Positions 36,002-48,412 are shown, counted from the first letter of the stretch. The stretch: DNA of 64,000 nt from Microcoleus sp. (GCA_052279835.1 CP181291.1:4320001-4384000); one strand, 5' to 3'. Notes: generated by a model from the letters alone, not told the origin. Translations and numbers: made by a program.

Positions 36002-36196
36002 TCAACTGTAGATAAGTTTAGCAAACTATTTGCCACTTAAGTCTTGCTCCCAAATTTTTGGTCAGATTTTTTTCGTTAGGATTTCACACTCGCAGCCGAG
36101 AGTCAACGGTCAACCATCAATGGTCAACCGTCAACTATCCTCGCTGAGTGCAACTGGAATCCAAATCACTCTTTTGGGTGATGCTAGATAAATACT

Positions 36197-37367
36197 CTAG
36201 CGGATATATTCTTTTAAGATGCTGTTCCGGTTGGGATGGCGCAACTTCCGCAAGGCTTTCGCTTCGATTTGCCGAATCCGCTCGCGAGTGACGTTAAAGA
36301 TTTGACCAATTTCCTCCAAGGTCTTCATCCGTCCGTCATCTAAGCCGTACCGCAGTCGCAATACATCTCGCTCCCGCGGGCTGAGGGTATCTAAAACGCT
36401 TTCTAAATCTTCCCGCAACAAATTCTTTGAGACTTGATCTTCCGGTGTTTCTCCGTCGGATTCAATAAAATCTCCCAAACGCGAATCTTCTTCTTTACCG
36501 ATCGGAGTTTCTAGAGAAATCGGCAATTGTGCTGACTTAGCAATGAAGCGCAATTTCTCGATCGTCATTTCCATCTTAGTCGCAATTTCTTCTTCCGTAG
36601 GCTTGCGACCCATTTCTTGAGAAAGAAGTTTTGTAGTTTTCTTGATCCGCGAAATGGTTTCGTAAAGGTGAACCGGTAGGCGGATAGTGCGGGATTGGTC
36701 GGCAATGGCCCTAGTAATGGCTTGACGAATCCACCAAGTCGCGTAGGTTGAGAACTTGTAACCTTTTTCGTGGTCAAACTTTTCCGCAGCCCGGATTAAA
36801 CCCAGAGAACCTTCCTGAATCAAATCTTGGAAAGACAAGCCACGATTCATGTATTTTTTGGCGATCGACACCACCAAACGCAGGTTTGACTGCACCATTT
36901 TTTCCTTGGCGCGTCGTCCGACATGGAGTCGATGACGAAATGCCGGTAGCGCCATCTCGACAGCAGTCGCCCATTCATTGTCTTTGGGTTTCTCTGTCTA
37001 AATCTTCTAAAAGTTGTTCTCTGACTCGCTCCAATTCCAACAAATCGGCAATTTTACGCGCCAGTTCAATCTCTTCGTCAGCTCGTAACAGCCGAATCCG
37101 ACCTATTTCTTGCAAGTAAAGACGAATAGAGTCTTCAGTATAGTGCTTTTTCTTTGCCTGAGCTCGACGGCGAGCTTTGGCACCTTTGCCAGACTTAGTG
37201 TCGTCTTCCTCAGATTGAGTATCTAGAAAATCTTCTCGATCGTCTTCGTCGTCGATAAATAGTTCCAACTCGCTCTCAGGTAGAACGCTTTCGGTGTTCC
37301 GAAGCAACTCGATAGTTTCCATTTGGGGTTTGATTTTGGTTTCGAGTACGGTGTTTGCCTGGATCAT
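36197..37367 (-). CDS. sigA: Primary sigma factor SigA/RpoD, with an apparent +1 frameshift at 36989-36991
   Basis: [50 protein letters not shown]; removing one A gives LDREPKDNEWA. Confidence 0.93.
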
Positions 37368-39152
37368 GCCGCCTTCCTCATGCTCCTGAATTGAAGAATA
37401 AATAACAGTCGAATAGTGTCTGTTTGTAGTTTAGACAACTTAGCCAGTATTGACATTCCCACAGCCAGAAAGAGTGGGATTTTTTGTCTGCCAGTTATTG
37501 TCTACAAGAAATATTTTGATCGGATCGAGCCTCCGCATCATCGGAGGATTTTTGTTTGGGTAATGTTAAGAACGTTTCTCAAGCTACCAGCACTTCCTTT
37601 GCTAAATCAAGATATTTAACTGGTAGTTACTGAGTAAGGATTCCCCCATGTACCCACAGGGTGTTGTTACCTTCTTAACCTAGACTGTGGTTAGACCTAA
37701 CCGAGATATCTCTGTACAGATTTGAGCTGGTTATCCAGTTTTGTCGAGTATCTCGCCCATAGCAGACATGATTGTCGCGACCTCGAATTGAGTGCTTGGC
37801 TGTTTCCTTCGCAATCTGTTATCGCACTTTCTGCGATATTTTGCCTAGAAGCTCTAACCACAGAGCCGAGGGAAGGCACTTCGGGAAATACTAACTTTTC
37901 TAATTTGGACTTCTAATTTTTACCCGTACAAGTTTCCTTGGACGGAACCCTTTAACTTTTGTTTTCCAGGTGTCGAACTTTTAGTTCGCCTGCTGCTTTC
38001 ACTCCGGTAGCCAGACATCGCAGTTGGACGGCTAGTTGCGGCCTCCTTGGATGCCCGTCTGCTGCACAAAACGCAAAAGTTTTGGATCGAAGCACCAAAC
38101 AGTTCAGTATTGGATCTTGCAAAGACCTTTCCGATTGTAGCCTTTCTCACAAAAATTGGAAGATATTTTCCATTCTTTGTCAGAACTACCCAAGTTTTGT
38201 TAGCTTAGCTTAACAATACGCACTAAGGGCTGATTGGGTTAAATCCTCAGAATCGCCCACAAGAACTTTGAAACTTGAGATTGGCGTGTTTTTCGGCGAG
38301 TATGTGGGTGAACGACTGCGGCGTAGCCGTCCAGACACCGAGCAGACAGTTTTTGACTGACCGGAATTCCGGCTAATGTAATCCGTATAGATGCACCCAT
38401 CTTTACCCTGTTTCCCTAAATTGAATCATTCTAAATCCGCGATCGAATAAAGCTTGTAGCTTTAGTTGTGACTCGGCAACTCTGGATTAGAGACCGAAAA
38501 TTACCCCAAATGAAGCGTTGCGGGTTTAGTAGTGCAACAGGGGCTTTCTTTGTTAAGTTAGCTCAAATCTCAGAAATTGGGTCAAAATTTAACGTTAAAT
38601 CACATTAAGTTATTAACGTCATATTCTCATTTAAGCAGTTGCACACAAGTTTGTCTCGTCAATAGTCAAAATTATGTCGATACATTTTACTGATACTTAG
38701 CTGCCCTTGTCACTCTCCGGTCTCAACTCTGCCAGGATTTTTTGACTTTCGCCACATACTTACGCGATCGCACTCTCTCAGAATCCACACAATTGTAAAT
38801 TTTCCGTCAGTATAAATTCACTGTTACTTTAAAAATACAGTCAAAATGTAAAGATTCGATTAAGAAGCTTCCTAAATTTTAGGTAAAATTGCCCAGTTAT
38901 CTGGAATCAGAGCGATCGCCTGGTAAAGTAGACAGATCGCTCGCTAATGGATGAGGTTAAGGATGTTGAGAGATCGAGCGGTGGCGCGATCGAGGGAATT
39001 TTTGTTACATTTCTTTACTACTTGTCCTCCGAAAGCATGACCTCTAAATCATCGATCGCGATCCTAGCTCAGCAACAGTGCGATCGGCAATTATCTGTAA
39101 AGTTGATTATACCTGGGAACTATCGATACTTTCTAATAAACCTTGACAAAAG

Positions 39153-39268
39153 ACTTGGAAGCTTTTAGAGCGATTTGATTCAGGATTCAGATATTTAGTA
39201 ATTAATCCGGCTAATATTGCTATATCTTCTAGTTGCTTTTTTAATTTTAGACAATCTTCTCGATCTTC
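39153..39268 (-). pseudogene. Internal fragment of a DUF4276-like gene
   Basis: EDREDCLKLKKQLEDIAILAGLITK...SFQV directly after the ATPase stop; no start or C-terminus. Confidence 0.55.
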
Positions 39269-39270
39269 AC

Positions 39271-40470
39271 CTATTGAGGAGCACCCGCATTTTTGAGGGG
39301 GTTTCCTACCTCAAAAAAATCTTCCATCCACAGCGAACCAAGTAATGCACCATGATCCATAAATTGTTTTACTCCCTGCATATCTGCGGTTCTTTTTGCT
39401 TGAGTAAAACCTTTTTCATCTCGATATAATACCCATAATTCTTCTGGTTTTAAACTATCCACAAAAAAAGGAGAATGGGTTGTTACCATTAATTGAGTAT
39501 TAGCAGAAGCAGAACGACATTCTTCGGCAACTTGAGGTAATAAACGCGGATGTAAATGATTTCCTGGTTCTTCTATTCCAACTAATTGCGGGGGATTGGG
39601 GTCAAACAATACTGTTAGATAAGCTAAGAGTTTTAACGTACCGTCGGAGGCATATTTTGCCAAAATAGGATGAGAAAAAGGAGCATCTTTAATTTCCAAC
39701 AAAAGTCTGCCATCTTGCATGACAAGAGCCTCGACTTTTTCCAGGCGTGGAATACGAGCAGAAAGGGTTTTTAGTATTTTTTCTAACCGTTGGGGATGTT
39801 GTTCTTTTAGATATTGAATAACATTGGGTAAATTGTCACCAGTGGGGGACAATCTTTCCTGTGCACCTGCTTCGGGAAGGCTGCGGGTATTATCTGCGGT
39901 TAAATAAGATAAATACCAACCTGTAATAAACCGCCTTAAAGCACTGACGCGGGGATGTTTGGCAAATTGTCCTAATGTATTTACTGCTAATAATTCAGAG
40001 GATGCTAGTTGTTCGGTTATCCTTTCATCTTATTCATCAGGAGTTGCGCCACTAATAACTTGTCCTTCGCCTTTTTTGAAATCTAAAAAGCGAAAAGGTT
40101 TACCTTGACCTGCTCGTCTCCACTGTAGCCATTCTTCAGCGATAAAAGGACGATTGTTTTCTTCATCTATGGCGAGATGATAGGTGATTAACGGTGATTT
40201 TGATGTCTCTCGATACTTTAATTCAATGATGATACAGCCTGTACTGTCTCTGGTACGTAATTCTCGGAATCTGCCTCGTCTATCCCATGCTTTTCTTAGG
40301 CTTTCGGTAAAACATTCTGACAGGAAAGCGAAAACATCAAAAATAGTTGATTTTCCGCTCCCATTTGGTCCCAAGAAGACGGTTAAGGGAGTAATTTTTT
40401 TAAGTTCTAGATTATGTAAAGCTCGGTAATTTTGGACTTTGAGATATTCTATACGAGGAATATTTTTCAT
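39271..40470 (-). pseudogene. AAA ATPase interrupted by an in-frame TAA (40030-40032)
   Basis: [24 protein letters not shown]; the same frame continues after PDE* as DERITEQL. Confidence 0.8.
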
Positions 40471-40589
40471 TTCACATCCTGAATTATCGTGTCTGTTTCT
40501 TTAATAAATAGTCTGTTAAATTCCCGACTTTTTTAAGAAGTCGGGAGTCGGGGTGTTGGTTTGTTTGAGGTTGTGCTAGAGGAAAATGA

Positions 40590-41471
40590 TTATTGATTCC
40601 GCAGTTTAGGATTAACAAACTCATTCAATCCTTCTCCCACAAAAGACAATCCTACTACCATTAAAGTCATAGCCAAACCGGGAAACAAAGCTGTCCACCA
40701 AATTCCTGTAGGTAGTGCATCCAGGGCTAAACGCAAATCATGTCCCCATTCAGGAGTTTCTTCAGGAAGTCCCAAACCGAGAAATCCTAAACCTCCTAGG
40801 GTTAAAATGGCATCGGCAGCATTGAGCGCAAACAACACTGGTACGCTCTGAATCACGTTCAAAAACAGATAGCGGGAAAGGACTGTCCAAGTATCAGCCC
40901 CCATGGCTCTAGCGGCTTCAACAAATAATTCTGTTTTGATGCTGGTGGTGTGATTTCTGACGACGCGGTAGTATTGAGGAATGTAGGAAATGCTAAGGGC
41001 GATCGCAGCATTCAAAACTCCTTTCCCCACTACAAAAGCTAGGGTTAAAGACAGCAGCAATCCCGGCAAAGTATAAATTGTATCCATCAAAAACAACAGG
41101 ATGCGATCGAGTTTGCCACCTAAATAACCGCTAACCAATCCCAAGGGTACACCGATCGACAAACTCAAACCCGTAGCCAGAATGAGCACTTGCCAAGCAG
41201 CCCTAGAAGCAAAAAGTGTTCGAGAAAAAACATCATAGCCACTGCGGGTAGTCCCAAACCAATAACTAGCCGATGGCGGTTCATGGATGGGATTAATTAA
41301 GGCATCTGTAGGATTTTGCAGCCATCCCCAACTCTGTAGGGTGGGGGCGAAGGTGGCAATCAATACAAACGCAGCGGTGATTGTCAAACCTACCCACATC
41401 ATTTTCATTGACAGGTTTGAGGGTGCCGCAAGGTTGAGAAATCTAGGTAGTCGGAGTTTGCCTTGAGCCAT
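40590..41471 (-). CDS. Peptide ABC transporter permease (DppC/OppC family)
   Basis: WFGTTRSGYDVFSR, FVEAARAMGA, GLGFLGLG. Confidence 0.9.
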   Translation of the reverse strand: MAQGKLRLPRFLNLAAPSNLSMKMMWVGLTITAAFVLIATFAPTLQSWGWLQNPTDALINPIHEPPSASYWFGTTRSGYDVFSRTLFASRAAWQVLILATGLSLSIGVPLGLVSGYLGGKLDRILLFLMDTIYTLPGLLLSLTLAFVVGKGVLNAAIALSISYIPQYYRVVRNHTTSIKTELFVEAARAMGADTWTVLSRYLFLNVIQSVPVLFALNAADAILTLGGLGFLGLGLPEETPEWGHDLRLALDALPTGIWWTALFPGLAMTLMVVGLSFVGEGLNEFVNPKLRNQ

Positions 41472-41699
41472 AATTAAATAATTGAGAATTGGGAGTTAGG
41501 AAACAGTTCGATCTACTCACATAGAATAGCGCCGATCGGCTCGTTTCCGGTTGCGCGATCGTGATTTAACCGAACCTAGGACGCAGATAACACAGAGAAA
41601 TATCTGAGACAAGTTCATATTCCGATGAAGAAAGGAATTGAGATCGTTGATGTGTTGAAGCCATTGTGCCTTAAAATAGTTTTGGTACTCGGTCTGTTG

Positions 41700-41990
41700 A
41701 TGGAAGCTCTGAAGGTATTCTTAAAAATGCAAGCACCTCTGGTTGTGGAGAACTCAACTAGGCTTTTATGAGGCTCAAAACCTTTACCTGATTGGGTTTG
41801 AGGTCTCTCGAACAGGGGAGGAGGTGCTTGCATTTTGACAGAACCTAGGCTGTGTAAGCTTTTGAGGGTTGCTGTATGTCTGTGGTGATGACCTTTTTTG
41901 CCATAATTGCTATCTCCGGGTGCCTTGAGTGCTGGGGTGCTTGCAAAACTGGCCAGGAGGCATTGCTATATAAGGCTTTCAGGAACCGCT
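41700..41990 (+). promoter_or_regulatory. Probable CRISPR leader (left boundary approximate)
   Basis: 12-bp inverted repeat TGCAAGCACCTC (41728) / GAGGTGCTTGCA (41821), third copy GGGGTGCTTGCA near 41934. Confidence 0.6.
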
Positions 41991-42491
41991 GTGATTAAAC
42001 CTTTGATGCCGTAAGGCGTTGAGCACTCTGGGTTGGTGTATCCTGTGAGGTTGTTTCTGTGTGATTAAACCTTTGATGCCGTAAGGCGTTGAGCACAAGC
42101 TGGGCTGGCATTTGGTAGACTTACAAATATGTGATTAAACCTTTGATGCCGTAAGGCGTTGAGCACGATTGTAAACGCATCGGCAACCGCAGGAAACAGG
42201 CTTGTGATTAAACCTTTGATGCCGTAAGGCGTTGAGCACTAACCCCAATCATTCCGCCTGATTCAAGGCTTACGAGTGATTAAACCTTTGATGCCGTAAG
42301 GCGTTGAGCACTAACAACCTACCCCATCAATTTTGTTTCCACCGGTGATTAAACCTTTGATGCCGTAAGGCGTTGAGCACCGATCGAGTGATTGATTTCC
42401 CTTCAAGCCTAGTCGTGTGATTAAACCTTTGATGCCGTAAGGCGTTGAGCACCTTCCAAATCTGTTGACAGTAGCGGGTTGGCGGGTGTGA

Positions 42492-42623
42492 TATAAAATC
42501 CTCTCTTCATCCTCCTGTATTAAACTCTCTCTTCTCTTCCTCTTTCCCCCCTTGGGGGGGGCAGGGGGGGGTCGTCCTTCGCGCCTTCGCGGTTAAATCA
42601 TTTCGATACAACCGGAATTGATA
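42492..42623. mobile_element. MITE inserted in a CRISPR repeat (TGA duplication)
   Basis: TGA|TATAAAATCC...CCGGAATTGATA|TGA; related copy at 44680-44783. Confidence 0.8.
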
Positions 42624-42646
42624 TGATTAAACCTTTGATGCCGTAA

Positions 42647-42747
42647 TATCGTTTCCAGTTAGATCGGAATGATTTAACCGCAGAGAACACAGAGGACACA
42701 GAGTCCGAGAGTGCATCTGAATAATTCAGATGCTACCGGATTGGATA
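42647..42747. mobile_element. Second MITE in the same CRISPR repeat (TAA/TGA duplication)
   Basis: TAA|TATCGTTTCC...CCGGATTGGATA|TGA; related to 22094-22198 in inverted orientation. Confidence 0.8.
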
Positions 42748-42799
42748 TGAGGCGTTCAACACAGCCTTGAGAAAAGACCCAAAACAGAAGCAGCAAGAC

Positions 42800-44167
42800 C
42801 TACAAATTACTGGCAATTAACTCACGGTACTGGCTTTTTGGCTTCACTCCTTTGAGCTCCGTCACCAGAGCCTTGTCCTTAAAATACTGAATCGTCGGTG
42901 TTCCCACCACACCAGCATTTTCCGCAATTTCTGGATCTTCTTCAATATCAATTTCCACGTAGTGAATTTTGCCATCAAACTCATCTACGACTTTGTTCAA
43001 AATCGGCTTGAGACTGTGACAAGGCCCACAACTAGGAGAAGCATATTTCACTACAATCAGTCGATCGCTATCATGGAACAACTTCCGCAAAGCATAAGCT
43101 CCTTCGTGTCGCGTCAGTTTGATATCAAAATTCTCGCTAGTTTCCCGCACTCTGGGAGTTTCCGCTACAGGTGCAGGAGTCTCCAATGACGACTCAGTTT
43201 GATGAAATTCCTGAGTTAAACCATTGGCCGAAAGCCACCTTTCTGCCAACATCGCACCCATACAACCACTACCGGCGGCGGTGATAGCTTGCCGAAACTC
43301 ATGGTCTTGGACATCGCCAACGGCGTAAACTCCCTCAACGCTGGTTTCTACCGAGCCATGTTTCGGCCTAATGTAGCCGATTTTGTCTAGTTCTAGCTGA
43401 CCTTGAAATAAACCAGTATTGGGAGTGTGACCGATCGCATAAAACAACCCATTCACGGGCAAATTACTTTCTGTCCCTGTTTCGGTATTTCTGACTGCAA
43501 TCCCTTCGAGCTTGCCGTTACCGTAAACATCCACAGGCTCAGTATTCCAGTGCACGGTAATTCTCGGATTGTTCAAAACCCGGTCTTGCATGGCTTTGCT
43601 CGCTCGCATGGACGACGAACGCACCAACATATGAACATGAGAACCATACTTGGTGAGATAAACTCCTTCTTCTGCTGCTGTGTCGCCACCACCAACTACT
43701 GCTAATTCTACGTTTTTGAATATCGGTGTAGCTCCGTCGCAAATCGCACAGGCAGATATGCCTAAATTCCAGTATTTTTCTTCGCTTGGTAGGTGCAGCC
43801 TTTTGGCTGTCGCGCCTGTAGCTATTACTATAGTGTGGGTTTTGATTTCTCGATCTTCCGATCGCACTGTAAACGGTCGCTGGCTCAAATCTACAAAAGT
43901 TACATCTTCTGTGTATAATTCTGCACCCCAACGCACGGCTTGAGCTTTCATCCGATCCATTAGTTCCGGCCCGGTGATACCTTCGGGGAAGCCGGGAAAG
44001 TTTTCTACTTCTGTGGTGGTCATCAGTTGCCCGCCGGGGACTCCTCCGCTTTGATACCCTTCAAAGACTACAGGCTTGAGATTGGCTCTCCCAGCGTAGA
44101 TGGCTGCTGTGTAGCCCGCAGGGCCTGAGCCGATAATGACTAGATTTTCTACGGTTTGTGTGGTCAT
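42800..44167 (-). CDS. ntrC: NADPH thioredoxin reductase C (TrxB-thioredoxin fusion)
   Basis: [15 protein letters not shown]-terminal CGPC thioredoxin domain. Confidence 0.92.
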   Translation of the reverse strand: MTTQTVENLVIIGSGPAGYTAAIYAGRANLKPVVFEGYQSGGVPGGQLMTTTEVENFPGFPEGITGPELMDRMKAQAVRWGAELYTEDVTFVDLSQRPFTVRSEDREIKTHTIVIATGATAKRLHLPSEEKYWNLGISACAICDGATPIFKNVELAVVGGGDTAAEEGVYLTKYGSHVHMLVRSSSMRASKAMQDRVLNNPRITVHWNTEPVDVYGNGKLEGIAVRNTETGTESNLPVNGLFYAIGHTPNTGLFQGQLELDKIGYIRPKHGSVETSVEGVYAVGDVQDHEFRQAITAAGSGCMGAMLAERWLSANGLTQEFHQTESSLETPAPVAETPRVRETSENFDIKLTRHEGAYALRKLFHDSDRLIVVKYASPSCGPCHSLKPILNKVVDEFDGKIHYVEIDIEEDPEIAENAGVVGTPTIQYFKDKALVTELKGVKPKSQYRELIASNL

Positions 44168-44679
44168 AGCTGTTTAGTCAAACTCATAACGACTTCGTTT
44201 AATCTCAATTATAACAAATAGGGGAAAAGTTGGATCGACCCTACTTAAAATTGTTGAGTAGTTGAGGGCGATCGGGACAACTCAAGTTAGTTAGATAAGC
44301 AAAAGCAATCTAACAGCAGATTTAGTTTTAAATGTTCGATCTAATTTTTGACCCCAAATCTTAAGAAAATCTAAAGACAGCCAAAATTATTGACATCATT
44401 CTCAATTATTTTACCTATTTACTTGTTTTGAGGCTTGTGGTACGATTTTCACAATCCAGGGGCATCATGACTAATTTGGATTTTTAACCCTGAAACTTTC
44501 TAAATTCGTAACATTAACCAACTCTTCCAATGTCAACAGTCATTTTTATAGACAAAAAATGCCCGATCGATGTTTAAGAATTGTAAAGCAAAATTGGCCT
44601 AATTTGACAAATAAGCATTATTGTGATAAGCAAAAGGCGATCGCGTGGCCAGGGAACAATAAACAAAACGCCTTGTTAA

Positions 44680-44783
44680 TCTAAAATCCACTCTTCATCA
44701 TCCTGTATTAAACACTCTCTTCTCTTCCTTCGCGTCCTTAGCGCCTTCGCGGTTAAATCATTCCAATACAACCGGAATTGATA
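44680..44783. mobile_element. MITE, same family as 42492-42623
   Basis: TAAAATCCACTCTTCATC...GCGCCTTCGCGGTTAAATCA...CCGGAATTGATA. Confidence 0.7.
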
Positions 44784-45387
44784 GGAAAACAAACCATCAA
44801 CTAAGTAAGTCCACTTAATTAAACGTAAGATACAGGTGGCTAAAAAGCTTGCTCTATGAGCCTTCTTCACATCGATCTTCCCCCCTTGGGGGGGGCAGGG
44901 GGGGGTGACTTCTTCCTTCTACTTAACAATTAAAATGTTGAGGGTCTAGCACGTCGGATGCCAGACCCTCAAAGGTTTGTACTTTCAATAGATTCAAGTT
45001 ATTTTGAGCTTGCTCAAACTAAAGGTGGGCTTTTTTGGCAACTACTCTGCTCTGAGCTAGCTATTAGCGGAGTCTATTCAGACTTCTGTGTTTGACTGTC
45101 CGATCGCAACTTGTGCTTAAGAACTTTCGATTCTTAAAATCGCCTTAAGCTGACTAACTAATCCGATCGCCACATCAACCTTTCTTTGCTAATAAGCTAC
45201 AGGGTTCAGGGGCTGCCTGAGAACTAGAGACGATGAGGACAAATACTCTAATTCCAAATCTTTAATCCAAGTTATTTGTGCTGCTTGGCTTTGTCCTTCA
45301 TGTTCTTAAACTAACACAGACTTTCGGCAAAACATCAATTTCTTTACTAAACTTAATATTTTGAGGATGGCGATGAGATATCTCTAG

Positions 45388-45508
45388 GAAGCATCCCGAT
45401 TTTGCATAGGCTACAGCATGACCGCAGAGAATTTATTAGGGATAACCAGAGATTTACAGCCGTCATGCTTCGCCCCTACGAATATATTTGTAAAACACAG
45501 ATGCACCT
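45388..45508. mobile_element. MITE/REP-like element, copy 2 of 8347-8469
   Basis: High similarity over about 120 bp. Confidence 0.65.
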
Positions 45509-45510
45509 GT

Positions 45511-46195
45511 TTAGGGCGATCGCCATAAAACTGCCCAAGTCGCAGAGCCAACAATGCCATCGGCGGCTAGTTGAGATTGTCGCTGAGCAGCCTTGACCGC
45601 AGCTTGGGTTTCGCGGCCGAACACGCCGTCAACTCTCGATCGCAAAAACCCCTTGACCCGCAGTCGCTCTTGCAAATCTCTGACTGCTGTTCCCCGCATT
45701 CCTCTTTTCAAAACCGGAAAACTAGCTGCTGTCGGCTCAGGGTTAGTCTGAGGATTTTCGGCTGGGGGATTGTTGCTGTCGATCGTCCCGGCGATCGCGT
45801 CGGTAGTGGGAGGAAACAATCGATTCCAAGTATCTTGACCGACTATACCGTCGGGAGCCACCCCTGCGGTTTCCTGAAACTTGGACACGGCGGTGGCGGT
45901 GCTTTGGGAGAAAACCCCGTCTACATCGTCATCGTAAAATCCCAATAATTTCAGAGCCGCTTGGAGTTTCTCGCACTTCCGAACCCCGACTGCCTAAGCT
46001 GAGTGCGGGGCGAACGATGACACCTGTTTGAGCGATGATGTCGCTGCTGCGATCCCGATGGGAAGTTGCTGGGAGTGCCACAGCGGGAGTAGGGGCGATC
46101 GAACTAATTGCCACTAAACCGCACAAGCTCCAGATTCGGAGCCAACTCCTGATCTCGCGAGGGTGAATCCAGCTTGTTGTTAGATTTCGGCACAT
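45511..46195 (-). CDS. Peptidoglycan-binding domain protein, +1 frameshift at 45967-45969
   Basis: LSLGSRGSEVRE|LQAALKLLGFY...DGIVGQDTW and a second PG_binding_1 repeat. Confidence 0.8.
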
Positions 46196-46405
46196 TATTA
46201 ATTCGACCTTTGCAAAACTGGTAGCGATCGTACCTCAAATCTGGAAAAATAGGGAATTGGGCATTGGGCATCGGGTATGAAATTTATGCAAAAAATTTAT
46301 GTAAAAAACCCGGTTTCTATGAAAAATCGTGCATTTGTGCGACTGATATGCACCCAGAAACCGGGTTTTTGGCCCCGCTTGCTTCCTGGACTAGGGGAGC
46401 AATGC

Positions 46406-48412
46406 GTGACAGCTTCACCCAAAACTGTTAGATTTCCCTACAACAGACATTGAACCGCGTTCATTGGGTCCTGCAACACCATGTCCGAATCGACCAATAT
46501 CACCAGAAACGCCAGCCAAATAGACATCACCAACGTCAATATCGGCAACTTCCAAGTCGGCACCATCAGTGGCAACAAATACAACGACCTTAATGCCAAC
46601 GGCCGTCCCGATCCGGGAGAATTCCCACTGCCTAACTGGCAAATCTACCTTGACCTGAACAATAACCAGAGGTTGGATGTTAACGAACCTTCCACCTTCA
46701 CCAATAGCCAAGGCAACTACATCTTTGCCAACTTACCAGCGGGAGTCTACCAAGTTAGAGAAGTTCAGCAACCTAATTTTCGCCAAACTACGCCTAACCC
46801 ACCACCGATCGGCATCACCAGCGGGACAAATGTCACCAGCATCAATTTTGGTAACAACTTCAACGCCGGGACGATCGCGGGTACAAAATTCAACGACATT
46901 AACAGAAATGGCAACATCGACCCCGGAGAACAGCCCTTAGCTAACTGGCAAATTTACCTCGACCTCAACCGCAACAACAGGCTCGACGGTGGCGAACCTG
47001 TGACACTGACTAACCTGCAAGGTAATTACGCCTTTGTCAATATTCCGGCAGATACATATTTGGTGAGAGAAGTCCAGCAGCCCGGTTTTCGGCAAACCAC
47101 GCCCAACCCAGGCCCGATTACTGTGACTTCCAACGCCACAATTAACAATGTCAATTTTGGGAATATTTTTTTTGTCGGCAACATCAGTGGCATCAAATAC
47201 AATGACCTAAATTTCAACGCCATCCGAGATGCGACGGACCCGCCCTTAGCCAACTGGCAAATTTATATTGACCTCAACAGAAACGGCAGGCTGGACGCTG
47301 GCGAACCGAATACTTTCACAAAACCTGATGGCAGCTATAATTTTATAAATGTTGACCCCGGCAACTATTTGGTGAGGGAAGTGCAACAACCGGGATGGGT
47401 ACAGACTACCCCAAATCCGAGCGCGATCGAGATTACGGGCGGTACTAACGCAGCCGGGATCAATTTCGGGAACAATTTTCCCACTGGTAGCATCAGTGGG
47501 TTCAAATTCAACGACCTCAACGCCAACGGTATCTACGAACCAACGGAGCCCAAAGTTGCCAACTGGCCGATTTACATCGACCTCAACGACAATAACAGGC
47601 TAGAGTCCAATGAGCCTTCCACTATCACTAATCCCCAGGGCAATTTTTCTTTCATCAATTTGCCCCCAGGCCGTTATTTAGTGAAGGAAGTTCCGCAGCC
47701 CGGTTTTCGGCAAACTACCCCCAATCCTACTCCGATATTTGTCACTAACGGTACTAACGCCACTAACCTCAGCTTTGGGAATGTGTTTGCTACGGGTACG
47801 ATTAGCGGTTTCAAATTCAATGATTTTAATGCTAACGGTCGTATCGATCCGGGGGAACCGCCGATTCCCAATACCCAAATTTACATTGACCTGAATAACA
47901 ACAACCGTTTAGAACCAGGGGAAGCAACTACCTTTACTGACTCCCAAGGTAGCTACAGTTTCCGCAATGTTCCTGTGGGTACTTATGTTCTCAGGGAAGT
48001 AACGCCACCTGGTTTTATTCAAACTACTCCCTTGGCTGTGGTGACAGTTTCTACCGATGTCAGGGCTAGCAGCATTGATTTGTTGACGGGAGATGCTGTG
48101 GAGAGATCTGCGATGTCTTTCCCTGGCGACTCGCTCACGGGGACTGACGGCTATGCAGGCGATGTGTCTGCAAGCGGCGAAAGGTTGGCAGAAAGTTGGC
48201 TTTTGAGTCAGGAAGATGGTACTTATCAAAGCAGTTATTTGGCGATCGATCGCTCTGTTGCCAGTTTAGGTGCTGTTGCTAGCTTTGACCCACAGAATGT
48301 CAGTCGGGAACCATATTCAGAAATCAACCAAATTGTCAATACCAATGACAAAATGAATTGGGCGATCGGTGACTTATCTGTGACAATGGGGGCGATCGGT
48401 AAGTCAAGTTAA
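46406..48412 (+). CDS. SdrD-B-like (CnaB-type) repeat surface protein, 5 tandem domains
   Basis: Repeats ISGxKxNDLN...WQIYxDLN...YxVREV...NFGN; in-frame GTG at 46406 with GGGGAG upstream, alternative ATG at 46481. Confidence 0.8.

Larger units (their letters stand above)
41991..42762 (+). CRISPR. CRISPR array: 7 intact repeats plus 1 disrupted terminal repeat, 7 spacers (33-37 nt); type I-B-like repeat GTGATTAAACCTTTGATGCCGTAAGGCGTTGAGCAC
   Basis: Repeats at 41991, 42061, 42131, 42204, 42276, 42345, 42417; the eighth is split into 42488-42491, 42624-42646 and 42748-42762. Confidence 0.97.

Noticed and set aside
36197..37367. sigA as a true pseudogene or a two-gene split
   Set aside because: Essential gene, otherwise conserved; a single extra A in a context shared with two other frameshifts.
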